A DNA stretch of 64,000 nt from the NCBI GenBank assembly GCA_965226555.1, contig CBDDDG010000010.1, positions 384,001 to 448,000 on the forward strand, in the 5' to 3' direction. The position numbers and the translations under genes are program-made. This stretch comes from Salinispira sp. (lineage in GTDB: Bacteria; Spirochaetota; Spirochaetia; DSM-27196; Salinispiraceae). The notes beneath the pieces were generated by a model. It saw only the letters and a list, made by a program, of their open reading frames with translations, did not search any database and was not told where the DNA came from. Below, one piece after another: positions 29,681 to 42,100 of this stretch (its first letter is position 1; each line of letters begins with the position of its first letter).

Positions 29681-31986
29681 GAGCTTCCCACCAGCTCGGC
29701 TCACTACCCGACAAGCCGGAATTGATGAACATACCTGCCCTCGATCCTTTATATTTGCCATCATTACCCCAGTTAGCATTACCCCATGGCATCGTCGTAT
29801 CCGGATTTGTTGCCCATGCGTCAATATTTTTATTGAATGCGGCTGCGTAACTGAACATATATGCCATATTCGCTACCGAACTGACATTCCAGCCAGAGAT
29901 ATCTTGATTGAATACGGCTGCGTAACTGAACATAGTGGACATATTCATTACCGAACTAACATCCCAGCTTGAGATATCGTGATTGAATATGATTGCATTA
30001 CGAAACATATGGCTCATATCCTCTACCGCGTCAGTACTCCAACCGGAGATATTGGCATTGAATACGTCTGCGCTATTGAACATAGCGGACATATTCATTA
30101 CCGAACTGACATCCCAGCCGGAGATATCGCTACTGAATGTGTCTGCGTTACTGAACATAGTGGACATATTCATTACCGAACTGACATCCCAGCCGGAGAT
30201 ATCCCCATTGAATGAACTTTTATTCTTGAACACCTCGGACATATCCGTTACTGCCGTGGTAACAATGTAGTTGAGATCGGCAGTTTGTCCCCAATTACTT
30301 ATTCCCGCAGCTACCGCGGCATCCAGTTCATCATTACCGCCATCATCATTAGCATTACCGCCAGCAGCAGTAGCATCGTTAGGACTCACGGTAACATAAA
30401 AATACTCGGCAAACAGTAGCGCATCTCCGGTTCCAATGCCATATACCACATATGTTCCTGCCGTTGTATCCGCAGCAACGGTAATAACTCCGGTACTCGC
30501 ATCAACTGTCGGCAAGGTGGCTCCTGCGGGCGCAGTTGCGGGGGGAGTGACCGCCGTAATGTCTCCTGATCCATCGACCGTGAGCGTGTTCGATTCTATT
30601 GTGGTCAATGAAACGGTTGGATTCTGATTGGCAATAATGGTATCAATATCAGCTGAAAGAATTGCGGAGGCTGCCGTACCCGCGGGAACCTGCGTTGCAA
30701 TAATCGGCACCATTGCTGTTGCGGGTTCAGACCACGGCCCATCGCCCTGCATGTTGACAGCGCGCACCTGTACTTCGTACGAAGTGCCGTTTGTCAGGCC
30801 TGTGATGGTGTGGCTTGTGCCAGTGACGCCGGAGCTTTCCGTCCATGTGGTTCCGCCGTCTGAGCGATATTGCACCTTATACCCGGTAATGGCACTGTCT
30901 CCAACATCGACTGGCGCTGTCCATGAGGCGTTAAGCTGGGTGTTTCCGGCTGTGAGTATGAGACCTGTCGGCGCATCGGGAACGGCAATTGGGGTTGCTG
31001 TGGTACTGTCCGACCAGTCGCCTGCGCCCGCGCTGTTCACGGCGCGCACCTGTACGACGTACGCGGTGCTGTTTGTGAGGGCTGTGATGGTGTGGTTTGT
31101 GCCGGTGATTTCGGATGCTTCAATTAATGTCCATGAGGTTCCGCCGTCCGAGCTATATTGCAGCTCATACCCGGTAATGGCCGTGCCTCCGTTATCAGTC
31201 GGTGGCGCAGCCCAGTTAACGACAAGCTGCGCATTTCCTACGTCAATAGTGGGAGCAGCGGGCGCGGCGGGAGCAACATCGGGAGTTGCTGTTCCCACTA
31301 TTGGGTTTCCATTTCCCTGCTCATTGACAGCGTATACCTGTACTTCGTACGAAGTGCCGTTTGTTAGTCCGGTAATTTCGAGAGTCAGAGTAGCGCCATT
31401 GGGGGTTGCAATGGGGTTTGGCGTCCACGCGTCGTGTGTTCCTGCTATGCGATGCTGTGCTTCATAACGAAGGATAGAGCTGCCGCCAATGTCGGTCGGC
31501 GCAGTCCATGCTGCGGTAAGTTGGTCATCTCCCACTGTGAGAACGAGATTAGTCGGCGCCATGGGAACAGTAACAGGGGTTGCGGAGGTAGATGATGGCG
31601 ACCATGCGCCCGCTCCCACATCGTTGACAGCGCGCGCCTGTACTGTGTACGGGGTACCGTTGTCCAGCCCCATAATGTCGTGGCTTGCGGCTGAAGCGGC
31701 GATTACATCGGTAACCTCCGTCCAGTTGGTACCGCCGTCCGTGCTATGACGCAGGTTGTACGCGGTAATGGCGCTGCCGCCATTGCTGGTCGGCGCAACC
31801 CATGTAACAGTTACTTGCCCGTTCCCTGCTGTGAGGGTTGGAGCAAGCATTTCACCCGGGGATGTTGCAGTATCACCCGGTACTGGTGTTGGTTCCGGCA
31901 TTGGACATCCAGAAATCAACATAATAAACATTGAGCAGAGAATGAAAAGGGTTACCCCCCCCCCAACTGTATGTCGTAATTTTCAT
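29676..31986 (-). CDS. FN3 x4 + DUF285/BspA-like lipoprotein; frameshifted at a G10 tract in the signal peptide
   Basis: AGGAGG RBS, ATG 31986, C10 at 31955-64 on the + strand; G9 gives MKITTYSWGGVTLFILCSMFIMLISGC. Confidence 0.85.
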
Positions 31987-32090
31987 ATATGTTACCTCCT
32001 TCTAAGGTACTATAATATCAAATATCATCCAAAAATAAGTATATGTCAAGCACTTCTGCCATTTTGCCAGAACTTCCCCAACAAATTTTT

Positions 32091-33446
32091 TCAGACCATT
32101 GGAAGCCCTGCCAGCGCCATTGCCACTTCCTGTTCAGGGTAGGAGTACGATTGAAGCTTTCCCGCATTATAATCGAGGTAGGCCTGCATATCAAAATGTC
32201 CGTGACCGCAGAGATTAAAGCAGATCGTTTCCTTCCTGCCTTCCACCTTGCAGCGTTCTGCTTCAATAATTGCCTGAGCAACGGCGTGGTTTGCCTCAGG
32301 CGCGGGGAGAATTCCCTCTGCGCGGGCGAATTTGATTCCGGCGGCAAAGGCAGTAAGCTGATCAAGCGACTTCGGGTCAACAAGACCCAGATCGACAACA
32401 TGGCTCACCAGCGGAGCCATGCCGTGATAGCGTAATCCTCCCGAATGAAGCGGCGGCGGCACAAAGGTGCTGCCCAATGTGTGCATTTTCACAAGAGGGG
32501 TAAGGTGAGAAGTATCGCCAAAGTCATAGGCAAATTTTCCCTTCGTGAGCGATGGACAGGCAGATGGCTCCACAGCCACAAAGCGTGTTTTTCCGCCTTC
32601 ACGAAGCTGCTTGCCGAGAAAGGGAAAGACAAATCCGGCAAAGTTTGATCCCCCGCCGGTACAGCCGATCATTACATCCGGCCAATCATCGGCAATTTCA
32701 AACTGCTTTATTGCCTCAATTCCAATTACTGTCTGATGCAGCAGCACATGGTTAAGAACACTTCCGAGGGCATAATTGGCATCGTCACGTTGAACCGCCT
32801 CTTCGCAGGCCTCAGATATGGCCATGCCGAGGGAACCGGGAGAATTCGGGTCTTCGGCAAGAATAGCGCGTCCGGAGTTTGTTTCGTTGCTCGGGCTGGG
32901 TATAACAGCCGCACCGAAGCTCTCCATGAGACCACGGCGGTACGGTTTTTGATCGTAACTTACCCGAACCATAAAAACCCGGCACTCCAGACCAAGAAAG
33001 GCACTGGCCATTGCCAGAGATGAGCCCCACTGTCCGGCTCCGGTTTCGGTAATGAGAGCCTTTTTACCTTCTTCGCGATTATAGAAAGCCTGAGGAACCG
33101 CTGTGTTCGGCTTATGACTGCCTGCGGGACTAACCCCCTCATATTTGTAGTAGATGTGTGCCGGCGTATCAAGCATCTTTTCCAGACGCCGCGCGCGAAA
33201 AAGCGGTGTTGTACGCCATTGCCGGTAAATATCGCGTACCGGCCTGGGAATTTCAATTTCACGCTCATGGCTTACCTCCTGCATAATCAGGGCCATGGGA
33301 AAAAGCGGTGCCAGATCGTCAGGACCGACAGGCTGTTTTGTACCCGGATGAAGTACCGGATCAAGTGGTTTGGGTAAATCCGCCTGAATGTTGTACCATG
33401 AACGCGGAATGTCTTCGTCTGATAATAAATATTGAACAGTATCCAT
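32091..33446 (-). CDS. trpB2: TrpB2-type tryptophan synthase beta-like PLP enzyme (stand-alone)
   Basis: GSHKPNTA, TETGAGQWG, GCTGGGSNF, FNLCGHG. Confidence 0.9.
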   Translation of the reverse strand: MDTVQYLLSDEDIPRSWYNIQADLPKPLDPVLHPGTKQPVGPDDLAPLFPMALIMQEVSHEREIEIPRPVRDIYRQWRTTPLFRARRLEKMLDTPAHIYYKYEGVSPAGSHKPNTAVPQAFYNREEGKKALITETGAGQWGSSLAMASAFLGLECRVFMVRVSYDQKPYRRGLMESFGAAVIPSPSNETNSGRAILAEDPNSPGSLGMAISEACEEAVQRDDANYALGSVLNHVLLHQTVIGIEAIKQFEIADDWPDVMIGCTGGGSNFAGFVFPFLGKQLREGGKTRFVAVEPSACPSLTKGKFAYDFGDTSHLTPLVKMHTLGSTFVPPPLHSGGLRYHGMAPLVSHVVDLGLVDPKSLDQLTAFAAGIKFARAEGILPAPEANHAVAQAIIEAERCKVEGRKETICFNLCGHGHFDMQAYLDYNAGKLQSYSYPEQEVAMALAGLPMV

Positions 33447-33618
33447 GCCGTATTATATATCAGAAAAAAAATATAATGGCAATACAAAATTGTGCATTTT
33501 GCAAAACTTTGTTCAGGACTATTAAGGGCAGACAGATAGTTCGCTGTGCGTTATACACGACGAAAGATGGAGATGTGGAGATTTATGTGAAGGAGACTGA
33601 AGTTGGGGGTTGCGGCTA

Positions 33619-36248
33619 CTAATGTGAGTTCACTATCTCTTTCACTTCCTGTACGCAACGCTTCAAGTCATTTTGGAGCTCATATACCCAAAATCGTTTG
33701 ACCCGCCAGCCGTGCATGGTTAGATGGTGGTCGCGTTTCAAATCCGAGGACATACGCCCGCCATCAATGTCGCGATGCCACATCTCGCCATCAACCTCAA
33801 TATTAATCGGGATTTCAGAATCAAACACGGCAAGGTCAAGGCGGTATTGGTAAATCGGATATTGAGGGATGGGTTTAATTCCTTCCTTTACGAGAGCATC
33901 GTATAAAATTTCCTCCCATGGCGACTCAAACTTTCCGCCATTTTTTTCTTGTTCAATCCCCTGTTCAATCTCCTCGACATATTTTACGAATTCGGAAAGA
34001 TAAGATATGCCGGAGTTTGCACAAGCTTCCCTATCGCCAACAATGTGCAATTCCGCCCTCGCACGTGTGATAGAAACATTGAACAAGTTGGCATTACTGC
34101 CCAAGAACCGGAGCGAAGAACGTTGCTGGATTCCACGTGATACGACTGGAGAGAAAATCATGACATCACGCTCATCACCTTGATACTTGTGTGCGGTATC
34201 AACAATAAAGTCCATGCCTCGTAGTTGTGCAGCGCCTATTTTTTTCTCCGCCAAAATCCTCATTTTGTTCGCCTGCTCTCTAAATGGTGTAACAACGCCG
34301 AGCGAAACATCGTTGCCGCCCTCCTCAATTTTTTTGATAATATCCTCAATTAATTCAACAACCGCTTTCGCTTCATTCAGGTTGTATGCGCTTCCGGCAC
34401 TTGGGCGAACGGTCTCGCCAACGACATTGTGCCAAACAAGAGCGCTTGTGTTCCCCGCGCCGCGCAATTTCCGATAGTCTGTCCAAACACTCAATTCGCC
34501 ACCGTAAAACTTCCTGTTTGAAAAACCGATGATTTCGGCACGACTTCGGTAATGTTCAATGAGGTAAACAAACTTTGCTCCGGTTGCGATAACGCTCCGC
34601 GCCAATTCAAAAATAGAGTTTGTGCTGTAGGAAAAACGCAAGTCGTCAGCAGAGATCAAGCCAACCTGCTCTTGCAGTTGATAATCGTCCGATTGATTCA
34701 AAGAAGAGATATGAGTGAGCTGATGCGGGTCGCCTATGATGACGGCGCGTTTTGCGCGATAGAGAAGCGGAAGCGCGGAAGCAATATCGCATTGAGAAGC
34801 TTCATCAATAATCGCAATATGAACGGCATCCGCACACAAAGGAAGTGTGTTATGGACGGACAAGTTCGTTACCGCCATCGCCGGAAACGCCTTTGCAACG
34901 CTTTTGAACATGTGCTTGCTCTCATTTATTAAACGCTGGTTAATTCCACCCCTTTCATAGCCCTGCAACCGACGCACAGCCTGTACATAATCCGCTATAT
35001 CACTCCGCTCTTTAGAACCGAGTGATTTTAGGCGACGCTTCATAAGTACATCAATGTACTTGACGCTGATGTCTATCATGAGCTCCGTGCACTCTGTAAT
35101 TCTTTCCCGCAAAACCTCTACTCGCGCCTCATTGTCGTTTTCTCTGACTGTTCCCAGCAGTTTTGATTGATTATCAATCCATTCCTTCAAGGCTTGGCAT
35201 GTCGTCAGGAGGTCGCGGCAGTTACGAATAGAATCAAGAGAGAACGTAAACCCCTCAACGGGAATGACTGCAAGCAAAGGTATTGCGGCTTTCAAGACGG
35301 CTAATACAATTACGGCGATCCAAAATGCGGGACAATGTTTGCTGTGCTTTCTTTTCTTCCGAGCACAAATATTCAATCTCTTTTTTGTATGCGTCTATTT
35401 CCCGTTCCAGTGTTTGTCTGTCACAGGTTGATGCTCGTTCTACCGCAGCTAAAAGTTCTTCCGCGAATGCAAGACCGCGCTGTGTCTGACCGTACTTGAG
35501 AATTACCGGCTCGCCTTGAAGCCGCCGTAACCGCTCAACAACAACATCAACCGCCTTGTCGGTTTTTGCTTCCAAACAAGACGGTCTCGTTGTGAAGTAG
35601 CGCGTTAGCAATAATGTTGAGAATGATTTGCGACTTTCCGCTTCCGGGCGGCCCGGTAACAACCGTAACGGTATTATTGAAAGCACTTTTGACCGCGCCC
35701 CGTTGTTCATTGTTCAAACCTGTTACCTCAATCAATCCGACATCTTTGCCTTCTTTGACTTTATCTTTTCTATCCAGAATCACGCGCCAGACATCGTTTG
35801 GTACGGCAGATTTACGCAATTCTCCCAATTCCTGTTCCAATCCACGCGTATATTGTGAGCCTGTGCTTTTGAAGATGACACCAACGGGCAAAATCCCAGT
35901 TTCAACATTCAATTCGGTTGTTTTGCCACTCAAAATATCCTTTGAAAATGACACCTCTTCGGGCAGTATCTTGGCGAACACTCCCAAAATCATTTTCAAG
36001 TTCTCTCCTCTGCTTCTCTCTTCTTTCCACGACTCTAATACCTTTTCGGCAATGCGTTTTCGCTCCTCAAACTCCAATTTCTCCTTGCCGGAAACAACCC
36101 ACTCTTGTTCCATCGCCCGAACCTGCAAAAAATCAGTTCCTTCTTTAGACGAATGAAGAATTATGTTCCCGGTGTTCTCAACGGAAATGCAGGAACCGTA
36201 GTATCCGAGAAGTTTTTGCCAGCGTGAGGATGTTGGATTGGTTTGCAT
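33619..36248 (-). pseudogene. Superfamily-1 helicase (AAA_11/AAA_12) fused to DUF559/Vsr-like nuclease, in three frameshifted pieces
   Basis: GPPGSGKS, IIDEASQ, GDPHQL, HKYQGDE, NVSITRAR, IEVDGEMWH...GWRVKRFW. Confidence 0.8.
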
Positions 36249-36302
36249 CAGGCTGAGGGTATAGGAAAATCGGGGAAAAAGTCAACGGGGTGGATTTGTG
36301 AA

Positions 36303-37913
36303 TTAAGGTATTACCGATTCAATTGCGGCCTGTTCAATTCTGAGACCTGCCTGATATCGACGGAAAAAGTTCAGGAATCCATCCATATCCTTCGGCTCGG
36401 GGGCTACTTTTGTTTCAGAATCGCCCACAACTGAATTGAGAAAGTTCCTGAGTTCGGGAAATTCAGATTTCCGGTCAAGATATGCCGCAAGTAAGGCCAT
36501 ACCCCATGCCCCTCCCTCACCGGCAGAGGCAGCAACGCTCACCGGCACAGCCGCAGCCGCAGCAAGCATCTTCTGCCCTACATCCGCTGTGCGGAAAATA
36601 CCGCCATGCCCCTTAAGACTGTCAATAACAACCCCTTCTTTTTTCCTGAGAATATCGAGACCAATCCGCAGAGCGCAGAAGGAACTAAGCACAAGAGAGC
36701 GCAAAAAATTCGGCAGGGTAAAATTACTTTCCGGGGCGCGGACTACCAGCGGGCGGCCTTCAGTGAAACCGGTGATATGTTCACCCGAAACATAGCCAAT
36801 GCTCAGAAGTCCGCCGGCATCGGCATCGCTTTGCAGAATAAGCGGCATGAGCGTTCGGTAAAAATCGTCTGTCGGAACCTGAACACCCATGGCAGTACAG
36901 GCCTGTGAAAAAACATTCATCCAGGCATCGAAATCGGATGTACCGTTGTTCGAATGTACCATAGCTACCGGATTACCATCGGGGGTAGCAACAATATCAA
37001 TTTCTTCATGAACACTGCGGAGGTTTTCTTCGAGAACGACCATGGCGAATACCGATGTTCCGACCGATACATTGCCCCCCCGCGGTTCAATGCTGTTCGT
37101 GGCAACCATTCCTGTTCCCGCATCACCTTCAGGAGGACAGAGGGGAATGCCCGCCTCCAATTCTCCCGAGGGGTCGAGGAGGGCGGCGCCATCACCGTGA
37201 ATTGAACCGGCGGCTTCGCCTGCGCTGAGAACGCGGGGGAGAATGTCCCGAATGCTCCATGAGTAGCCCCTGTTTGCGATATGTTTGCCGTAGGCATTGA
37301 GCATGCGGCTGTCGAAGTCGGCCGTCTTCGGATCAACGGGGAACATTCCTGAAGCATCGCCAATACCCAGAACCTTTTTTCCACTGAGCTGCCAATGCAC
37401 ATAGCCCGACAGGGTAGTAATGAAGGAAATGTTCCCGACATGTTCTTCGCCGTTCAGAATGGACTGATGAAGATGGGCAATGCTCCAGCGCTGAGGTATG
37501 GCAAAATGAAACAATTGTGTTAATTCTTCAGAAGCGGTGCCGGTAATGTTGTTCCGCCAAGTTCTGAAGGGAACGAGAAGCTTTCCTTCACTGTCACATA
37601 CCACATAGCCATGCATCATGGCACTGAACCCGGCGGCGGCAACGCGGGAGAATGATACTTCATAATTACGGATTACATTCTTCCGCAGATCAGCAAAGCA
37701 GGAGGCCATTCCCTGCCAGACACTCCCAAGATCGTAGGTCCACATTCCATCTACCATCGTATTTTCCCAGGCATGCGTACCGAATGCCAGCGGCACTCCT
37801 TCCGGCGATACGAGGGTTGCCTTAATTCTCGTGGAACCGCATTCAAGTCCCAAGTAACATGCGCCTAATTCAATGTATTCCCGAATTTTTGTTTTTTCTG
37901 CAGTAGTTATCAT
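36303..37913 (-). CDS. FGGY-family sugar kinase (L-ribulokinase/xylulokinase-like)
   Basis: LGLECGSTRIKA, PPEGDAGTGMVAT, EGGAWGMA. Confidence 0.88.
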   Translation of the reverse strand: MITTAEKTKIREYIELGACYLGLECGSTRIKATLVSPEGVPLAFGTHAWENTMVDGMWTYDLGSVWQGMASCFADLRKNVIRNYEVSFSRVAAAGFSAMMHGYVVCDSEGKLLVPFRTWRNNITGTASEELTQLFHFAIPQRWSIAHLHQSILNGEEHVGNISFITTLSGYVHWQLSGKKVLGIGDASGMFPVDPKTADFDSRMLNAYGKHIANRGYSWSIRDILPRVLSAGEAAGSIHGDGAALLDPSGELEAGIPLCPPEGDAGTGMVATNSIEPRGGNVSVGTSVFAMVVLEENLRSVHEEIDIVATPDGNPVAMVHSNNGTSDFDAWMNVFSQACTAMGVQVPTDDFYRTLMPLILQSDADAGGLLSIGYVSGEHITGFTEGRPLVVRAPESNFTLPNFLRSLVLSSFCALRIGLDILRKKEGVVIDSLKGHGGIFRTADVGQKMLAAAAAVPVSVAASAGEGGAWGMALLAAYLDRKSEFPELRNFLNSVVGDSETKVAPEPKDMDGFLNFFRRYQAGLRIEQAAIESVIP

Positions 37914-37995
37914 AATGTGTGAAACTATAACAAAATTTTTCCTAAAACGCTAATGGGGTGTAATTATGTCTGGGATATAAATAATTACTTTTGTA

Positions 37996-39090
37996 TTATT
38001 CCAGTACGGCAGAAACTGCGCCAATGAGTATATCCGGCGAAAGAGGCAGCGCTTCAATGAACAGCAGATTTTCATCGGTTTTTATGTTGATGTCCTGCCG
38101 ATACTCTGCCGCTGAACGGCCCGGAAACATGATCTCCAGTTGTCTGCGCAAAACGAGCCGCAGAGTTGCAGTGAGCGCGCGGGCAGCGGATATATCTGCC
38201 GTTAATACACGCGCCGATAGACGCAGTTCCTCAGTAATAATAACAAAGGCATGTTGTATGCGGCTAAACTCAGGCTGGAATCTATTCGGAAGATTCAAAC
38301 CGGCAGCCCCTTCCCCGAGCGGATTCGCGGTAACATCGGCACGTCCATACAGCAGCGGCACTATACCTTTTTCATCAAGCGAAGCCAGAACAATGACCGC
38401 TCCTTCGTCAATAGGATTGAAAAAATCATCGGCAGCGGAATTCAAGGATGATGTCAAGGATGATGTCAAGGATGATGTCAAGGAGGCGGCGGAATGCGCA
38501 GGAGCGATGTCGGACGGCGCTGGTCTGCCTGCTTCGGGAAGGAAAATAATATCGTCAATAAGCGCGGGAGATTCAGCATCGTCCTTTCCGTACATGAGGA
38601 GCAGGGACGGCACAGGATTCTTCCATGCAATACCTCCCCGAGAACTGAAAAATGGTTCAAAAATTTCCATAATTTCCTTCCGAAAAAGCGTATTCCGCAG
38701 CAGAACAGCGCCCCCCCCTGCGCCCGCGCCGCTTCCAGTATCCCCGGCAGCCCCAGCGTCAGGGGCGCCCCCTTCCCCGGAGCCCTTCTCCGCACTGCCC
38801 GTACTCCCTTCCGCGGCATTTTCTGCGGGAGCAAAGAAAAATTCAGGGCGCGTAATAAGCACCTCGCCCAACTGACTGCGGAGCAGCCGCAGCTCTGGTT
38901 CACTGAGGAGGGTTTGGAGGAGAGATGACGGCATATCCTCAACGGAAACCTGAATGAAATTCACTTCCCGTTCATACAAACGGGTGAGATGCGGCGGCAG
39001 CTGTCCGCCGGAAATACTCTGAAACGACAGGGTTCGGCAGGAGGCAAGAAATACTGCGGAGAGTATCCCGAAAAGAAGTCGCCCCCGCAC
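37996..39090 (-). CDS. Hypothetical lipoprotein
   Basis: FLASC lipobox; 12-bp repeat (LTSS) x3; downstream of ileS. Confidence 0.65.
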   Translation of the reverse strand: MRGRLLFGILSAVFLASCRTLSFQSISGGQLPPHLTRLYEREVNFIQVSVEDMPSSLLQTLLSEPELRLLRSQLGEVLITRPEFFFAPAENAAEGSTGSAEKGSGEGGAPDAGAAGDTGSGAGAGGGAVLLRNTLFRKEIMEIFEPFFSSRGGIAWKNPVPSLLLMYGKDDAESPALIDDIIFLPEAGRPAPSDIAPAHSAASLTSSLTSSLTSSLNSAADDFFNPIDEGAVIVLASLDEKGIVPLLYGRADVTANPLGEGAAGLNLPNRFQPEFSRIQHAFVIITEELRLSARVLTADISAARALTATLRLVLRRQLEIMFPGRSAAEYRQDINIKTDENLLFIEALPLSPDILIGAVSAVLE

Positions 39091-39185
39091 TCAGTATGCT
39101 CCGCCTGCGGGCAACGGGATAGGGGGCAGAGTCGGGATGCAGGACGCATCAGCAAAAACACGGCGCGCATCCGCCAAAACGAGAG

Positions 39186-42100
39186 TCATACGCGCTCCAC
39201 GGTAACACTGCACTCTCCGGAGAGCAGCGGTGTTTCCTGAGCAACATCGCGTATCATAAGCTTCCGGCAGAGAACTTCCTGCTCAAAATACTTTTTGTGC
39301 TGTGTCAGCGCCTCAATTACTTCTTCGCTGCCCTTAATGGCAAGCGATATACGGTCACTCACCCGATAGTCCCGTTCCTTTCTCAGGTTCTGAACTGCAC
39401 GGACAAGATCACGGACTAATCCCTCCTGCCGGAGCTCTTCGGTAATGTTCGGATCAAGGGCAACCGTCAGACTGTCTTCATTAAGAACCTTGAGCCCTTC
39501 CTTTTCATGGCGGCGGATAATGACCTCGTTAACAGTAATGTCAAAATGCTGATCTCCCAGCTCAAGACTCAGGGTATTGCCGTCCAGCAGGCTCTGAATT
39601 TCACGGGTGCTCAACTGCTCAACCTTCACGGAAACATCCTTCATCTTACTGCCGAGCTTTTTCCCCAGCTCACGAAAATTGGCCTTGGCGCTGTAGCTGA
39701 CCAGATCGCTCTCATTGTCTCTCAGAATAACTTCCTTAACATTGAGTTCTTCGCGAATAATATCTTCCATCTCAATGAGAATGTTTCGCTCTTCACGGTT
39801 GCGGGTAACAAGATGAATGGCGTTGAGCGGCTGCCGGATTTTAATGCTCCGCATACTTCTGAGCGCGCGCCCCATGCTCACTGCCTGCTGTACAAGCGAC
39901 ATTTTGCGCTCAAGTTCCGCGTCGCGGCGCTTCTGCCCGGTCTGGGGAAAATTGCAGAGGTGCACCGATTCCGGCATGTCCGCGCTGCGCAGGTTGCGGT
40001 ATATGCTCTCGGTAATGAATGGGATGATGGGAGCCGCCGTTTTTATGAGTTTCACGAGAACTTCATGGAGGGTGGCATATGCCTCCATTTTATCGGCATC
40101 GTTTGCGCTCCGCCAGAAACGGCGGCGGCTGCGTCTGATATACCAGTTATTCAACTGATCAATGAAGCGCACAATGGGGGCGACAGCTTTTTGGAGGTCG
40201 TAGTTGTCGAGATGAGTGCTGACCTGCTCAATGAGGGTTTCGAGAGCCGAAAGCACCCAACGGTCAAGCGGGTTTGCCGGGTTTTCAGGCGCTGCCTGCG
40301 GTTCTACCTTATCAATGTTTGCATAGGTTACAAAGAAGCTGTAGGCGCTCCAGAGGGGAATAATTACCGATTTGAGTACATCCTTTACCCCGTTATCCGA
40401 ATATTTCAGGTCCTCACCCTTTACCAGCGATGAATTTGTGAGAAAGAGCCGAATGGCATCGGCGCCGTAGGTATTGATAACATCCTCAGGATCGGAGTAA
40501 TTTCTCAGGCTCTTCGACATTTTCCGCCCGTCTTCCGAAAGTACCAGCCCGCTGACAATAACATTCCGAAATGCCGGTTTTTCAAAGAGGGCGGCAGCCA
40601 ACACAGTGAGTGTGTAAAACCACCCCCTGGTCTGATCAAGCCCCTCTGCGATAAAGTGCGCCGGATAATTCATGTCAAAATTGTCTTTATTCTCAAAGGG
40701 ATAGTGCTTCTGCGCATAGGGCATGGCTCCCGATTCAAACCAGCAGTCGAGCACCTCGGGAACACGGGACATCGCGCCCTCTCCGCAGGAACAGGGCCAG
40801 TGGAGGTCATCGACAATGTGCTTATGCAGATCCTGAACCTCCCTGCCGCTTTTCTGCTTCAGTTCCGTCAGACTTCCCACACATTCAACACGATCGCATG
40901 TGTCGCACTTCCATATCGGAATGGGATTACCCCAGAAGCGGTTCCTGCTTATTGCCCAATCGCGGGCATTTTCCAGCCACTTACCGAAACGGCCCTGCTG
41001 AAGATGCTCGGGCATCCAGTGTACTCGGTTATTTGCCTGAATCATGGTGGATTTCAGCTGAGCGATATCAACAAACCAAGACGAAATAGCGCGGTAAATA
41101 AGCGGCCCGCCGGTACGGTAGCAGTGGGGGTAACTGTGCAGGTAATTTTCCCGGCGCAGGAGCTTATCCCGTTCCTTCAGATCCTTGATAATATGCCGGT
41201 CGGCATCTTTTACAAACATGCCCGCAAACTCAGGAATTTCTGCGGTGAATTTCGCCTCCGCATCCAGAGGGACGGGAACAGGCAGTCCGCTGTTTTTGAG
41301 CGCCTGATAATCATCTTCACCAAAGCCCGGCGCAAGATGCACAATGCCGCTGCCCTCATTCGTGGTAACAAAGCCGCCTGCGCGGGTGCGGAAGGCGCCC
41401 TGCGCGCTCAACTCCGCATAGTAGGGAAACAGAGGTTCATAACGCCAGTTCAGCAGGTCCGAACCGGGCAGCCGTTCCAGAATTTCATACTCATCGGCAT
41501 TCGCATAAAAATGCTCCAAGCGGTTCTCAGCCAGAATGTACTCTTCATCGCCAACTGCAATACGGACATAACCGATATCTTCTCCAAGCGCAAGCGCAAG
41601 ATTTGACGGAAGGGTCCAGGGCGTTGTCGTCCACGCGAGAAAGGAAAGCTTCCCGGATGGCCGTGAACCATCACCCTGTTCAAGAACCCTGAACTTGACA
41701 GTTATGGCCGGATCGGTAACATCCTTATATCCGCCAAGATTCACCTCAAAGTTAGAAAGCGGGGTTGCAAGCTGGGGACTGTAGGGGAGGATGTATGCGC
41801 CTTCGTAAATGAGTCCCTTTTCCCAGAGCTGCCGGAAGACCCACCATATCGTTTCCATATAGTCCAGGTCCATGGTCTTATAATCATTTTCAAGATCGAC
41901 CCAACGCCCCATCCGGGTAACCACCCTGTTCCACTCAGCCGTATACCGGAGAACAATGCTCCGGCAGGCCTCATTGAACCGGGCAACACCGTATTCTTCA
42001 ATCTGGCTGTGCCCGGATATGCCGAGTTCTTTTTCCATTTCATATTCAACCGGTAAACCATGGCAGTCCCAACCGAAACGGCGTTCAACCCTCAGCCCCT

